From: the human T2T-CHM13v2.0 reference genome, Homo sapiens
DNA length: 64,000 bases
Assembly: GCF_009914755.1 (NCBI RefSeq)
Contig: NC_060925.1
Direction: 5' to 3' (one strand)
This document shows positions 1-16,016 of this stretch, in pieces. Each line of letters starts with the position of its first letter. The first letter of the stretch is position 1. The notes beneath the pieces are model-generated. The model searched no databases. It worked only from the letters and a program-made list of their open reading frames with translations, and had not been told where the DNA came from. Made by a program: the position numbers and the translations under genes.

Positions 1-1540
1 AGTTCTTAATATCTGGATCTGATACTAGCATCTCTTAGGTAGAAAACACACTTTCTATATGATAATATCTGTAAAGAGCACATAAATCCTTGGAACACTA
101 TTAGGAAAACAAAATCGATTTATCTCTTATTGCTTTTTTTTGGGTTTTTTTTTTCCTTTTAATCAAGACAAATTTCAAGGAGGAAGACAGATGTTTCTCC
201 GCTTCGTTTTTATTTAAATGTACCACTTGGGATTTGAAGCTTCCGCACTTCTTCTGTTTGTTTGGATTTTTTTTTCATGGCTTGGTCCCAAAAAATGGAA
301 TACAAAATTTAGAGAAAGTTTTGTTTGAAATTGCAGGGCGCTATGAGAATTATTGCAAATCCCTGATGTCTCTTTGTCTGCCCTCAATTCTCCTATTTTT
401 GGTAATAATGCAGGCAGTCATTTTAGAAAACTTTGCTTTGTTCATTTTACTGAGCCTCTTCCAGAGGCCATGTGCCAGAATCAACAGCAGCCAACCACAG
501 CCAAGATCCTAGGACGTAAACTCAGACTTCATCTCTCAAATATTGCTACTTGAAATTTGCATAAACGTTGAAGAAAAAGTTAAAAGAGCCTGTATAACTC
601 CTCTTCATGTATTTTAGGAGCCTCAGACAGTCAAGACATTAAAATACCTTCCGATTGAGCAGTGGGTCTAAGCACAGATACCACACTGCAGATAGGGAGA
701 AGGATATGAAAAAAATCATGTGAGATAGACGACAGAGGCTTATTTGAAGAAGCTACAAAGCAACAAGTAATGCCAGTTTAAAACGATTACATGTTAATGC
801 AACAAGTAAAACACATTGAAGGCTGCTCAGATTACACTGGCTGAAGTACAGACTTAATTACTCATGTTAGAGATTCCTAAAACAAAGGGAGGCTTTTAAG
901 CCAGTGATATGTAGCTGGTATGATACTGAAAAGCATTGGAAAACCTAGGTAAATGCCTAGAGGAAATTTTAAGGAAGATTCCATCAAGTCTGGATACCTT
1001 AGCCTTATCCTTAAATGAATAAATTTCTGAGGCGCTGGAACTGGTTAAAATCAATGGCAGCTTGTTCTGTTGTTTGCAGTTTTGATGTATAATTGGAGCT
1101 GATAAACCTGAATAAATAAAAGAGCCTTGTCTGGATTGAGTTACAGTTAGTGCTAAACATCAAGGGTTCCTATTGTATTTCTTAAAAGTTCTTTTTGGAG
1201 TGATTCCAAGATTGGTATTAAGAGGGTATGCCAAGGGTATATATTGGCAATTTTTATTTTGTTTGTATTTATCTTAGAGTCATTTGGTTAGGTCACATTC
1301 TCTCTGCCCCTACTCCCAACTTCTCATTAGATTGTAAGGACCATGAGGACAGAGATTGTTTGTTTTATTTGTGCTTAATTTTCATGCAGTGCCTAGTAGG
1401 GGACAATGCTGACAGTAGTTTCTTGACAAATATTAGTGGAACTGTATTAAAATTGAGTTTTTGCTCACATATATTGTTTATTTTACCTTTAGTGGATCAC
1501 TTCTCCTTATGCCTTCAGTGCTATAGTTTTTTAAAAGAAG

Positions 1541-1939
1541 TATGTTAGTCTGTTTTGCATTGCTCTAAAGGAATACCTGAGGCTGAATAATTTATAAAGA
1601 AAAAAGGTTTATTTGGCTAATAGCTTTGCATATTGTACAAGAAGTTTAGAGCCAACATCTGCTTCTGGTGAGGGCCCAAAAAACTTTCATGGCTGAAGGT
1701 GAAGAGGGAGCAGGTATGTAACATGGCAAGAGAGGAGGGAGCAAGAGAGATGTCAGTCTCTTTCAAACAACCAGCTCACATGGTAGCGAGAACTCACTCA
1801 TTACTGTGGGTGGGCACCAAGTTATTCATGAGAGATCTGCCCCCATAACCTGAACACCTCCCAGTAGGCCCCACCTTCAACATTGGGGATTACGTTTCAA
1901 CGTGAGATTTGGAAGGGACAAAATAGCCAAACTGTATCA
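1541..1939 (-). mobile_element. Solo MaLR LTR (MST-like)
   Basis: Starts tatgttagtctgttttgcattgct...aaggaatacctgaggctg and ends ccaaactgtatca, typical MST termini in reverse orientation. Confidence 0.75.
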
Positions 1940-3894
1940 AGCACAAAGAAGATACAGAGATAGTCAATGGTGGAGCTAGTATTCAAACCCAGATTTGTCT
2001 GATTTCTGCATCCGTGCTTTCAACTGCTTAACTGCATTGCTTCAAATACTCAGAAAAGACGAAATGTTTTCCATATCCCAGGAACTTAAAAGTGAAAAAG
2101 CAGAGAGCTAGAAGACCATGTAGTGCTGAATTGAGAGTCATGAGTGTTACAAGGATAGGGGGTGGTGGCCCTGTGAGGACCAGAACCCTCCAGGGGAAGC
2201 TTTCTGGGTGAGGCAAGAGGTGAACTGGGCCTTGAAGGAATGGGTAGAATTTAGATAGTAATGAGGAAGGCAGAAATCAGTGGAAGCACAGACATGCGTG
2301 GAGGAATGGAACTGAGTTCAATGACGATCTGTTCAGGAAAGAGGGCATAAACTGGGCAGAGAATGCAGTGGAAGTGGTGGGGAGTAATACTGGGCACGTA
2401 AAGTAAGCTCTGATCTGGAAGGCCAGCATGGGAGCCTAGACTGGTTAAAGTAAGAAATGGCTTGTCCTTGGAAGAAAAAGTGTCAAACTTGGTACTGTGT
2501 GAAGGTACTGCACAGACCTCCCAACTGGTTCTTAGGAGAGCCAAACTGAGGCTAAGTTCTGAGAACTAAGTAAGAACTGACAGCCATTGTAGGTTAGAAA
2601 GTAGTGGGGCAACATGTTACAAGTAGTGCTTCTGGAAGGTTAGATGCGGTTAGAATAAAATCATTGCCATTTTGGGGAGCTGGGAAAATGGATGTCTTCA
2701 GTCTAGTCTAAAAAGGGATGACTTGAATAAGCTTATATAAGAAAGAAAAGAAAAACCTTTTTACTCACTGGACCATTTCATAATCTTGACTTTTTTCAAA
2801 CATAAATCTGTGTCATTTTTCTTATTTAAAACAGCTGAGTAGTTTACTCTCCTACTTAGAGCTGTGATCCTTATCATGGGCTCTTGTGATCTAACCCCAG
2901 CCTGCCTCCCTGGCCTCTGTCCTTGCTTAATAACCTCTAGCCATATGAACCTGGAATACCAGTCTAATTCCCACTTCAAGGCTTTTACACTTGTTGTTTC
3001 CTCTGCCTGGGGTGCTATTCCCTCATATCTTCATGACACTTGTTCATTTACATTGTAGCTCAAAGCATACCTCCTCAGGGAGGCCTTTCCTAGACACTAT
3101 CTGAGGTACACTCCTGCACCCCCAGCCTTCATGATTGCTTTTTATACATTACTGGGTTTTGTTTCCAATGGAACTTATCGCTTATTACTGTCCTAAATTA
3201 TTTTATTTATTAATTTTTTAGCCACCTTTCTCTTATAGAAATAAGGTTCCTGAGGACAGGGAGTTTATTCTGTATACTACGGTATCCCTGACATCAGGGC
3301 TTGTGCCTGCCGATAGTAGATGCTTTCTAAATATGTTCTGAATATTAGATAGCTAGTTCCCAAATGCACTGCACTGAAAGTGTATGAAAATTGGAAATTG
3401 GCTTCTAGATTTTTGTATTATATTGCCAAATGATGGAGTGATGAGATTGAAATCTACTACTTCTTTTTGCCTTTTTTTTTTTTTTTTTTTTTTTGGTGGA
3501 GTAGAGGAGGGCCTGCACAAACAGCAGATACACACACAGTAAATAAGATTTATTTCAGCCAGCAAGTATTTATTGACATGAAAATTGGGGTTAAATGTGA
3601 CTCTTTGTGAGTGACTAGTATCTTGGAGTCTATTAAAGCATCAGTTTAAACATCAATTCTCTATGGTATGATTAATGTTTCTTTTTTTACTTTATAAGCA
3701 TGAAGCTGCCTTCAATTTTATTGTTAAATTTAAGTGTTTTACATTGGAAAAAAGTAAATTGAATTTTGAAATGAGATCTGTCCCGGTCTCACTTTCATGG
3801 CTTCAGGTTATCAAAGTTTTAATTTCTCTTTGTATGGAAGATAATTATAGTATTCATTTTTGCTCCTGAGTAAAGCCACGAGTCTCAAGATTAT

Positions 3895-4930
<1,036 letters not shown>

Positions 4931-5034
4931 ATTCAGACGATATGTTATCATCTAAATCATCTAAGACCTCTATATTATATAGCTTTTGAGTATTTTTAAA
5001 AGTGGACACTCAAGCGTTCATATAGTCATAGTCA

Positions 5035-5205
5035 GTGTGTGGTTCCTCAGACCTGTGGTATCAACATCACCTGGGAATTTGTTAGGAATGCAGATTCCCA
5101 GGCTCCCTGCGGACTTAGTCAGAAATTGTGGGGGTCGAGTCTAACACTCTTTTTTAAAAAGCCCTCCAAGTGATTCCAATGCTTACTAAAGTTTGAGAAC
5201 CGTGG
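5035..5205. mobile_element. MER5A-like hAT DNA transposon remnant
   Basis: catcacctgggaatttgttaggaatgcagattcccagg...aaagtttgagaacc. Confidence 0.7.
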
Positions 5206-6244
5206 CTCAGTAAATGCTAAAGGTTCAAGGTAGCATGATCCCACACATCAGCCAAGTGGCATTAATTATTAGCCTGGTAAGCCCACCTTCTTTTCAGTCA
5301 CTGAGTTTGATTGGTTCACTAAGGCTAGGCTGTAAAGTTATTTGCTAGATTGATTGCTACATATTGACTTTGGGTTGTTTGTATTTCTCTGAACCTGTCA
5401 CTGTAATGATTTGTCAGGACACTTAATAGGAACAGGCCGTGATTTTTGCACCCATGGCATTCTGAGTCATGGGTGGCTGGGTCACTATGTACTCCAGGTT
5501 TCTTCAGGCACTGGGCATGCCATTCATGTACTTATAAGGAGGGAGCTGTCGCTGGTGGATCACAGGGAACCTTTAGGGACATTTAGTTCGCTCTCAGCTT
5601 GGTACAGGTAGGGAAATTGAGCCCCCATGAAGTTGTGCTTTGCTTGCAGTTAGGGGTACAGACAGGATTTCAGGTCTCCTGAGTCCCTCCACTGCACCAG
5701 GATTCCTGCAGGGGGACAGAGCTACAGCTTTTTCTGTGCCTACAGGGCATTCCTTTCCTACTGTGACGGTTTTATTTATTTATTATTTTATTTAAAGAAA
5801 AAAAGTAAATAGAAAAAACCCCGGAAGTTCTCACTGAAACTAATAAAAGTGTCTAAAGAGAATGAAAAAATCAGTTTGAGAACTTTGGTATGGAGGAAAT
5901 AACCTGACATTAACTGTTTTAATTATAGTTGTTGCATTGGGCTTATCAGTGTGGGAAGAGGGAGCATTTGAGCCTTACAGGGAAGTGGGATATGGACAAC
6001 AAGATGACCCTCTTCCTGAATTTGCCTGTTTGGGCCTGCAGCCTGGTGACTCTTTGTGTGATCCCAACAGCTGTCATAGAGATGGGTTGGACTTTTACTG
6101 AGACCTGGGTCCTAGGCCCAGCACTGCCACCAGCTAGTGGTGCGATGCCCCATAAAGAGGCCACTTATTCTCTCTGGCCTCTACTATTGGTAAATGGGTA
6201 TAATAATATCCACCCTGCCAATCCTGAGAAATTTCAGGTAGTGG

Positions 6245-6475
6245 GAAGCAGTGTATCTTGGTGGTTAAGGGCAGAGTCTCTGGATTCAAATTCTAGCTTT
6301 CTAACTCAGTGGCATGGCAGTAGGCAGGCCACTTATCCTCCCTGTTTTCTCACCTGAGAATGGGTATAATGAAATTTACTTCTAAGGGTTGTTGTGAAGA
6401 TTGAATTAGTTAGCTAATTTATGTAAAGTACTTAGGATAGTGCCTGGTATTTAGTAAGTTCTATGTGTTAGCCTA
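6245..6475 (+). mobile_element. MIR SINE
   Basis: MIR core: gtggttaagggcaga...tttctcacctgagaatggg...atgtaaagtacttaggatagtgcctgg. Confidence 0.7.
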
Positions 6476-7828
6476 TTATTATTACTATTACCATTTAAAA
6501 ATATTATTTCAAGGATGGGATGCATTTTCTGTAAACATGTTCTCAAATGATTCTACTACTGGATACAATACTAGGCTTTTATGCAGTAATTGTTGGTGGA
6601 GGAGTTGTTCTGACATCCAGCTTGCACCTGGGCTACTGGTTTCGTGGCCAGGGATGGCCAGGCCTAGCGTCTCTGATCTTGCACAATTTATGCATAGAGT
6701 GGTGTGGGTAGAGGAAACTTGGAGGGGGGAACTTCTCAGTTTTGCTTTCAGGTATTTATACATTAACTATCATAAGAGATGGACATCTTAATAACTTCCA
6801 AGAAAGAGTTCATGAGCTTCAATTTGATATTTATTGTTTGACTAGGTTTCTTTCTGTCTTACCTTTCCAGTTGTTAGGATTCTTGATATGTATTTTGGTG
6901 ATGAAAATTTCAACTCTAAAAGCTAAACAATCAAGATATTGTAATTATCCAGCAAGTGATTGGCAGATTTCGAGTAGACTTCTTCCATTCTTGGCTGAAA
7001 TCAATGAAAATGTCTACTATTGCTGTTGTTTTTGTTCTTTTCTCTGAAAAGTCTGTTTTTGGGAGGGCCTGAGATGGTAAAGTGCCTTTTTATTGTCTCT
7101 TAAAGGGAATGGGGGAATCAACAGTTTGAGAATTTTTGTTTTATCTGTATGTATAAAATTGCCTTCTCCTTTTATTTCTTTTGATACTCTCTCTGCAGTC
7201 TCTATTCATGATCTACTCCCCATCTTTTTATGGGCCCCTTAAAGCTAGAGATTATGTTTATTCGTTTATTTATGTATTCCATTTCTCCTTTTTTCTGGAT
7301 CCTAATTTTGTGCCTGGTGCATACTAGGCTCTCAATTTTAGTTTGTCGAATTACTGTTATTGCTGTTTCTGATTACTTCTTGAAGCAGTCCGTTTTAAAA
7401 CTTCACCTGAAGGCTAAGTAATTCATCAGTATAATGGTGATCTATTATTTATCTAGCATTTTCCTAAACACTCATTGATGAATCCTTATAATACTCATCT
7501 GAAGTATCTAAATCCCAAGATGATGTGTCATGTCATAGATGGTATGGCTTTAATTTTTAATTGGGAGATGGAGATGTAACAGCTGGAGATACTGAAACAC
7601 AGAGAAATAAGAGCATCATTGAAGACCACAAACGTGGTTATTGTTGGAAGATAGTTTTGGGATGGGCTTCTGTGCTAGAAGCCAAAACATAAAAAACTGA
7701 TTAAAACTCTAAAAAGAAACCCAGATTAGGTGGGAATGAATGCTGATCTGGATTGGATTACACTTCTTTGGTGTCTGAGGGTTATGATTAGTGACTTACT
7801 TCTAATGTGCATTTGTTTTTATTTTTAG

Positions 7829-7910
7829 CATTGCAGTGTCGAGATGGCTATGAACCCTGTGTAAATGAAGGAATGTGTGTTACCTACCACAATGGCACAG
7901 GATACTGCAA
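7829..7910 (+). CDS. NOTCH2NL: NOTCH2NL exon 2 (EGF repeat 1); contains the internal ATG (M40 equivalent) at 7873
   Basis: Acceptor tttttag|CATTGCAG and donor TGCAA|gtaagt define 82 nt encoding [27 protein letters not shown], as in NOTCH2 exon 2. Exon 1 is upstream of the window. Confidence 0.97.
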
Positions 7911-8167
7911 GTAAGTTTTTCTCTTCATATATTTTCTTTTTGCGATAGAACACTGGACAAGATTTGATTCTACTCCTCTATTTTTAATGCTTCTGTGGAA
8001 TGTTACTGGTTCTTGAGCTTTCCTGGTACAGATTTTGGTTGGGGGTGAGGATGGAAGGATGTGGATGCCAGATAATTGGCTAATAAGAACTTCTTACTAT
8101 CTTACTGTTATCTTTCTCACTATGAAAAAGACTTTTCAGTGAGTGGCTAGTTAATGTATATGGGGTA

Positions 8168-8530
<363 letters not shown>

Positions 8531-9759
8531 TTAACATGTTACCTATTATCTTGTTTTTAAGTAAAACCAAATAGATATCAACTTTAATATTCGGCCCAGT
8601 ATATGTGAATATTATATTCATATTTTTTTCTAGTGTAAAAAATCTAATTCTGAAAGTGAGACAGTGAGAGAGGAAGATGTGTGCATATGTGTAGATTGAG
8701 GGGGAGCAGGGGCTTTGGGTGTGTATTATTATATGGGGATAAAAGAGTAAGGATGAAGGAAAATGTAGGCTAGTTCTTGGCTTAAGAGCATTTTTTTTTC
8801 CTTTTTCTCCAACCATCTACTCTAGCCAAGACGTTTTGTTTGTTTGAGGAAGGCTGTGAGATAATTTCATAATAGCTTTTCTAGGTTTCCTGCAAATAAT
8901 TTTTTTTCTTCTGCCTCAATTGAAAATTTTTAAGAGGAATATGTATCCATTCTGTTTATTTCAGGGAAGATGCTGGAGAAATAAAATTTGGTAATATGAA
9001 ATTTCTCTTCTTTTCCTTCATTTTTGTGAGGAGTAGTTCTTCTTTGCTTTGGTGGAGGTACTTGCTTAGTAAGCATTTTAAGTGAGTTTATCCAACACAT
9101 TTTTATTTCTTACCAGGAATGTAATTACAACTTTTTTCCAGTGAGATCTGTTCTGACACCAGGATTTAGTTTTTTAATGTTATAAACAAGATTTTTTTTT
9201 CAAGTCAGAAATAATTTTCTTCACTAAAGTGAAAATATTTTAAGCTGTGATGACAGTAAAGCTTAACAATAGGTTGTTTGGATTGGAATAAAGATAACAT
9301 TGGAAATAAAGGTTTTATGTAGCTTATTATGGGCTGCTCATTTAGTTTTTCTAGCTGGAGGAAAAAAAAACATGTGGTGCATTCTCCTCTAAGAATGGAG
9401 ATACAACTGGAGATAATAAGGGAGGGAACTTAATACCTTAGAGTAGGCCACTGAAATCTTGTTTAGTCTTTTTGTGGCATTTGGTGCCTTAGTTGCTTGC
9501 TTTATTCTGTTAACTACTCTTGTGGTAGTTAACCCCATTGCATTATGGTCATTTGTTGATGTGTTTCTTTTGCTAGAATGTGAGGTCTTAGTCTTATGCA
9601 TTTTTTGCATAGTTAATGCCTAGTACAGTGCCTGGTGTAGTTATTGTTCAGCAATGTGTTTCTTAAACTAAAAGGTGCTAAGTAGATACCATCATGCACA
9701 TGTTTCTTATCTATTTATGTTAAATAAGAAGACACTGGTTCTCTCCTTTAAAAATTTCA

Positions 9760-10351
9760 GTGTGGCGATTCCTCAAGGATCTAGAACCAGAAATACCATT
9801 TGGCCCAGCAATCCCATTACTGAGTATATACCCAAAGGATTATAAATCATTCTACTATAAGGACACATGCACATGTGTGTTTACTTCAGCACTATTTACA
9901 GTAGGAAAGACTTGGAACCAACCCAAATGCCCAACGGTGATAGACTGGATAAAGAAAATGTGGCATGTATACACGATGGAATAGTATGCAGCCATAAAAA
10001 AGAATGAGTTAATGTCCTTTGCAGGGACATGGATGAAGCTGGAAGCCATCATTCTCAGCAAACTAACACAGGAACAGAAAACCAAACACGGCATGTTCTC
10101 ACTCATAAGTGGGAGTTGAACAATGAGAACACATGGACACAGGGAGGGGAACATCACACACTGGGGCCTGTCAGGGGGTGGGGGGAAAGGGGAGGGAGAG
10201 CATTAGGATGAATACCTAATGCACGTGGGGCTTAAAACCTGGATGACGGGTTGATAGGTGCAGCAAACCACCATGGCACATGTATACCTATGAAACAAAC
10301 CTGCACATTCTGCACATGTATCCCAAAACTTAAAAGCAAAATTTAAAAAAA
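9760..10351 (+). mobile_element. 5'-truncated L1PA (ORF2 C-terminus and 3'UTR)
   Basis: Translates WRFLKDLEPEIPFGPAIPLL...WNQPKCP; G-rich 3'UTR; A-rich end. Confidence 0.9.
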
Positions 10352-10639
10352 GTTTATTTACTTCACATAGCATTCAGGGTGGTAATACCATACAGAGAGG
10401 CAAATTGGTTCTATTTGAAGATCATTCAACTTGGTGACTTATATATGGAGAATTTCAAATATGTTCTAAGTGTTCGCCTATATATTTTTGGTCTGACATG
10501 GGGAGAGAAGGTTTCTAGGGGAGACTAATCTCTGAGCACTTACCAGGAGAGGACACCTAAGGGTCACTGTTGGGAAGAAGTCCAATAGTTCTTTGTTGGA
10601 CTGTTGGGCTGCTAGTCTCATACTCTCCAACCAAGGTTG

Positions 10640-10889
<250 letters not shown>

Positions 10890-13800
10890 CTACTTGTTAA
10901 TTGTTGATAGGATGGAATGCTTATGGATACAGTTCTGGGTATGTCCCTCAGATGTCTTTCCTGTTTTGAGGGAAACAAACTCCTTGAGAGAGAGTAAGAA
11001 AAAATTTGGTGAGGCCATCCTTTTGGGAGACCAAGATGAACAACAAAACTTGTATAAAGAGAGTGATTCCCTACCTCAGCAAAAGTAATATTAGCATATT
11101 TAGGAGTGGCAGGGTCAACATAAGTGGACAAAGAAAAAGCAAGAACAATATCAAGGCAGCCATGTCAATCATTCTACAGTGCTTTGCCAGCCTCCACAGA
11201 ATTTTAAGCAAAATTTTATGCAAAAATAATGTGTACCTAGCAGAGCTTTCAGTGTATTTTCACCAACCTTACCTTTTTTTCTGTGGAGAAAGAAAATGAT
11301 CTAGCTTGTTCAGTAAATATTATTTTCACAAAATAGAAAATAAATATTAAAACACTTAGAAGATTTATAAAAATTCTATCAGGCATGCAGGGCATGTGAT
11401 TATCTTTTTATTCATGCGATTGCTTAGTGGATTAAGAAAAGAAAGTTGAAGCCAAATTCCTTTTACAGGGCCAGCGTGGGGGTGAGTGGTGAGTGGTGGG
11501 ATGGGAACTGGTAGAAAGTGTTTTAAAATAGAAGGAATCTGACTATCTGTTTAGACAGCATAATGCTACTGATTCAGCTAAAATATAATGATTGTTTATA
11601 GAAATTATAAAAATCCTTGATAAGATCACATTGACAGATGAAGATAACTACTTTTGAAGATTAGTTTTGTACTCAGCTCCACTGTTTTTTCTCACTGTTA
11701 GGAGCCTAAGTACCCTATCAGTCTGTGATTAGATTTTGATGCCAGATTAGGAGAACGTGTATAATCTTGCATAAAACTCAATTATTGCTGTTAAATAACT
11801 ACTGTCAAATCTTAATAAAGCCCTCTCACTACAGGGAGATAAGATATTTTATTCTTTCCCTTGTCCTACTGGGAGGTGTAAATATGTAATTAAATTTGAT
11901 GTCATTAATCACTTTCAAGTTGTTTGCTTCAGACTTTCAAATATAAACCATTCTAAATCCCAATTTGATTAAAGATCATGGACAACTCAAGTTCACTAGG
12001 ATTCTGGGGGTAGGTTAGGTTATGATTTGTATAATTGACAAAATATGTATTTTAAGGACATTTATTGTAGTTATTTAAAATCTTTGTCTGCTGGTTCTTA
12101 ACATCTGGGTTGTCTATGGATGTGTTTCTGTTTCTATCAACTGCTCCTTCTTTGGACCATGGGTATGACTTCCCTTTACTTTACACATGTATGGTAGTTT
12201 TACATTACTTACTGGACATTGTGGGTGATAGATTTTAAAGTTTATCTCCCACTAAAGAATGTTGAATTTTGTCAAGATTGGCAGATCATCTTGATCTTAT
12301 GGATGCTAGGTTTTAGGACACGTTAGGGTGGGCCTACTTCTGTTCTGCCCTTAGTCCGATGACACAAATCTTAGTCATGAGATAGGGCTCTTATTCCCAA
12401 GATGTGACCCTTCTAGGGGTTCAGTGGAAAGTGTGAGGGGCCTACCAAGCCCTGAGGTGTTCATTAAGCCCCTCTAAGGCAGAACTTGTCCTCCCAGCCC
12501 CAGGAGCCTTCTGCTCAGTCTTTTCAGCCGTCCAGCTCTTACTTTCTCTTGGGTTTCTGAATCTTATCTTGCTCATGCATAGTCAGGAATTATTTAAGGA
12601 TTTGAGCAGAGTTGTATGCATACTTTGAAGCTACCCACTCTGTGGTTCTGTCTTTTCCAGGAATTTTTCTCCTCATATTCTAGCTGCTGTGACAGCTCCA
12701 GATACCTCTGACTCCTCAGTATCGCAGGACTTCCGTTTTCTGCTTGCACACTCTTCCTCTTCTGCTGCATGAACTGGGGTGTACCTTCACGATAAAAAAA
12801 AACAAAAACAAAACTGTAAATGTGGGTTTCATATAGTTTGCTTTGCTTTTTCTGAGGCTTATATCCCTTCTAGTTTATGCCTGCTTTCAGTGATTCTCCA
12901 GTGCCTTTGATATTTTGTCCAGAGCAAGAGGGCTAGTCTGATATAAGTTACTCTGCAATTATTTTTAATGATGAAAATTGGAAATATAAAGGGGCCTTTC
13001 AGAATTTCATACATACCACTTGGTAAATATCTAACATAGTGTTTGTAAAACAGCAGAAAGTCACCGTGAGTTGTATACGTTCCTGTAGATGGGTGCTTGC
13101 ATTTGAGAATGTCCACTTTTTGCTAAAGTGCTGATCTAAAAACTACACTTTAAGGTAAATTATTATAAATATAAAGTGTTATAAAATATAACTTTGTGTC
13201 ACATTTTGTCTAAAACTTGTCTGCTAGCTGTAATAAACATTAAACATTAACAGCTAACAATTCTCCTTGCCAGGATTAGGCAGTCATGTTGGTGGTCCAG
13301 ATTTCCTGAATCCATCCAAGAAAAACTAGAGCCATTGCCTTCTTTGTCTTCTTGGTAAATGTCTGTATAGTAAGTAGAGAGTAGAGACACTCATAATCCC
13401 TTAGAACTTAGCTTTTTATGGAGGATGCATTCGCAATGTTTCTGTTGTGGTGCTTCTCCCCCAAAAAGGCGTTTTCAGAAGTCATGGCTGACTCAGCATT
13501 TCCCCCTTTCCTTCACCTTCTTGTGAGTGCATTCAGGGAGGCACAGGGGCATTGTCAGATCAAAGAAATAGACAGGGAAAAATATCAACTGTTAAATTGC
13601 TTTCTCTTTCTTCTCAGCTGAAACTGGTTCTGCCAGCCTAGTTCCTTCAAGTACGGTGCCTATTTAGCTGAACATTGTGTATATAGTTTTTCTGGAAAAT
13701 GATAGCAGAAGCTTGGCCAGTTTTCCATAGTTCATTTATCTTTTTAACATAAAACAAAGAATGCTGTTTTTTTGGCTCATTAAATACCTCTCATAGAGTA

Positions 13801-14338
13801 ATCTTTTCTTAAAATGTAATATGTTCAGGTTTTATTAATTCAAGAGTTATTTATTGCATGCTATTTATGCGTACCACATATAACAGATAACTCAAGTCTG
13901 TGGTAGTAGTTGCAGTTAATCAATATTGTTATCATATTATTTCACACTTCTTTGGGAAGTCATAAAATAATTACCAGTTCATTAACTTGGGCTTCTTAGA
14001 GAGGTTCAGAGTAAAGCCAAGTATGAAAAAAACTGACTATAATGTGGCCTTCTGTACAGGGGCTGCCAGTGAATGGCAGGGCTGGGACCATGGTGAGGCA
14101 AGTAAGGCACAGGCCTCTCTTGTGAAATTTAAGAGAGTGCCAAAAAACTCACTAATCAAAATAATGTTTGTATGTAGTTGTTCAAAAAATCAAAATTAAT
14201 GCAAAATAAGTTGAAAATTATCAAAATTTTAAATAAGGAGATCAGTAGTACTGATTTTTTCTTTTGCCTTATGACCTAGTATGGTTCAGCCTGCACTGGT
14301 GAGTGGAGTAAGGGTCCTGGAAGATCCTTGACTGGTGA

Positions 14339-14657
<319 letters not shown>

Positions 14658-15684
14658 GAGGACATAGGTTTTTTTATGCCAGATAGACTTAAGTTTGAGT
14701 CCTGATTCCTATTAACAATTGGATCTTTGGCAAGTTAAAGTCTATAATGCTAGCTAACATTATTGCATATTAGGGTCTGTTCTCAAGTAGTTTACATGTA
14801 TTTACTTTAGTCCTCATGTGAGAGAGAGACTATATGGAAGCTAAGAGAAGTTAAATAATTCACTCAAGATCCCATCACTCTGTAGCTAACCTGAGATATA
14901 CTCGTGGAAAATGTACTGTCACGTTGAGTCTCAGTTTGCCTGTCAATAAAATGGGACAGAATTACCTGTTTTAAGTTGGTAGTTCAAATGGAACCTTCTG
15001 AAATGGAAGTGTGGAACATTTGAAAGTATACAAAAAGGGGACTTTTCAGATCAGGAATATGATTAAAACACTGCTTTATGTAATTTCTAAATTTAAAGAC
15101 AGTAGCATTAGGTAGGCCTGAGTACCTCATATCATTCTAGAACACTAAATCTGCATATAGTTACATGAGTGTACATGGGCCAGGTTTGGTGAATACTGCA
15201 TTTCTGAGAAATGGCCTTTAACATGAAAGCTCAATGTAATAACTGTGGATGAAATAGAAGAAGAGGGCAGTGAAGGTGGGGATAGAGGATATTGTCTATT
15301 AAAGTGTGCTTCAGTAGAGAGAACTAATTTGAAACTTCTCCTTTCTTTTTACTAATGGAACAGGAGCAAGTCCAGACAGATTTATGCAGTTGTGAAATTG
15401 AGACAGGTTAAATTCAGTGATTTTTGATAAATGTTGTTGCCAGCACAAAAGTCACAAGTTGTTGAATATGGCACCTTACATTTGCATAGTGAGTTACAGA
15501 TGCATATGAGTATGTCCTGTGAGGCTTTTCCTTGTATTAGGACTTGAGATCTGGACCCTTTAACAGTACCATTCCTAAGTGATTCTTATTAATACTTATG
15601 TCCTATTAAAATCCTTTATCAAATATGATGTTTCCCTAAGGGGTCTTTTGTAAAGGAAGTCTTGGTTACTAGCATCTCCATCTG

Positions 15685-16016
<332 letters not shown>

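Noticed and set aside
5929-7047. Cluster of 100-142 aa ORFs
   Set aside because: They have no recognisable domains, overlap MIR and intronic sequence, and lack supporting splice structure.
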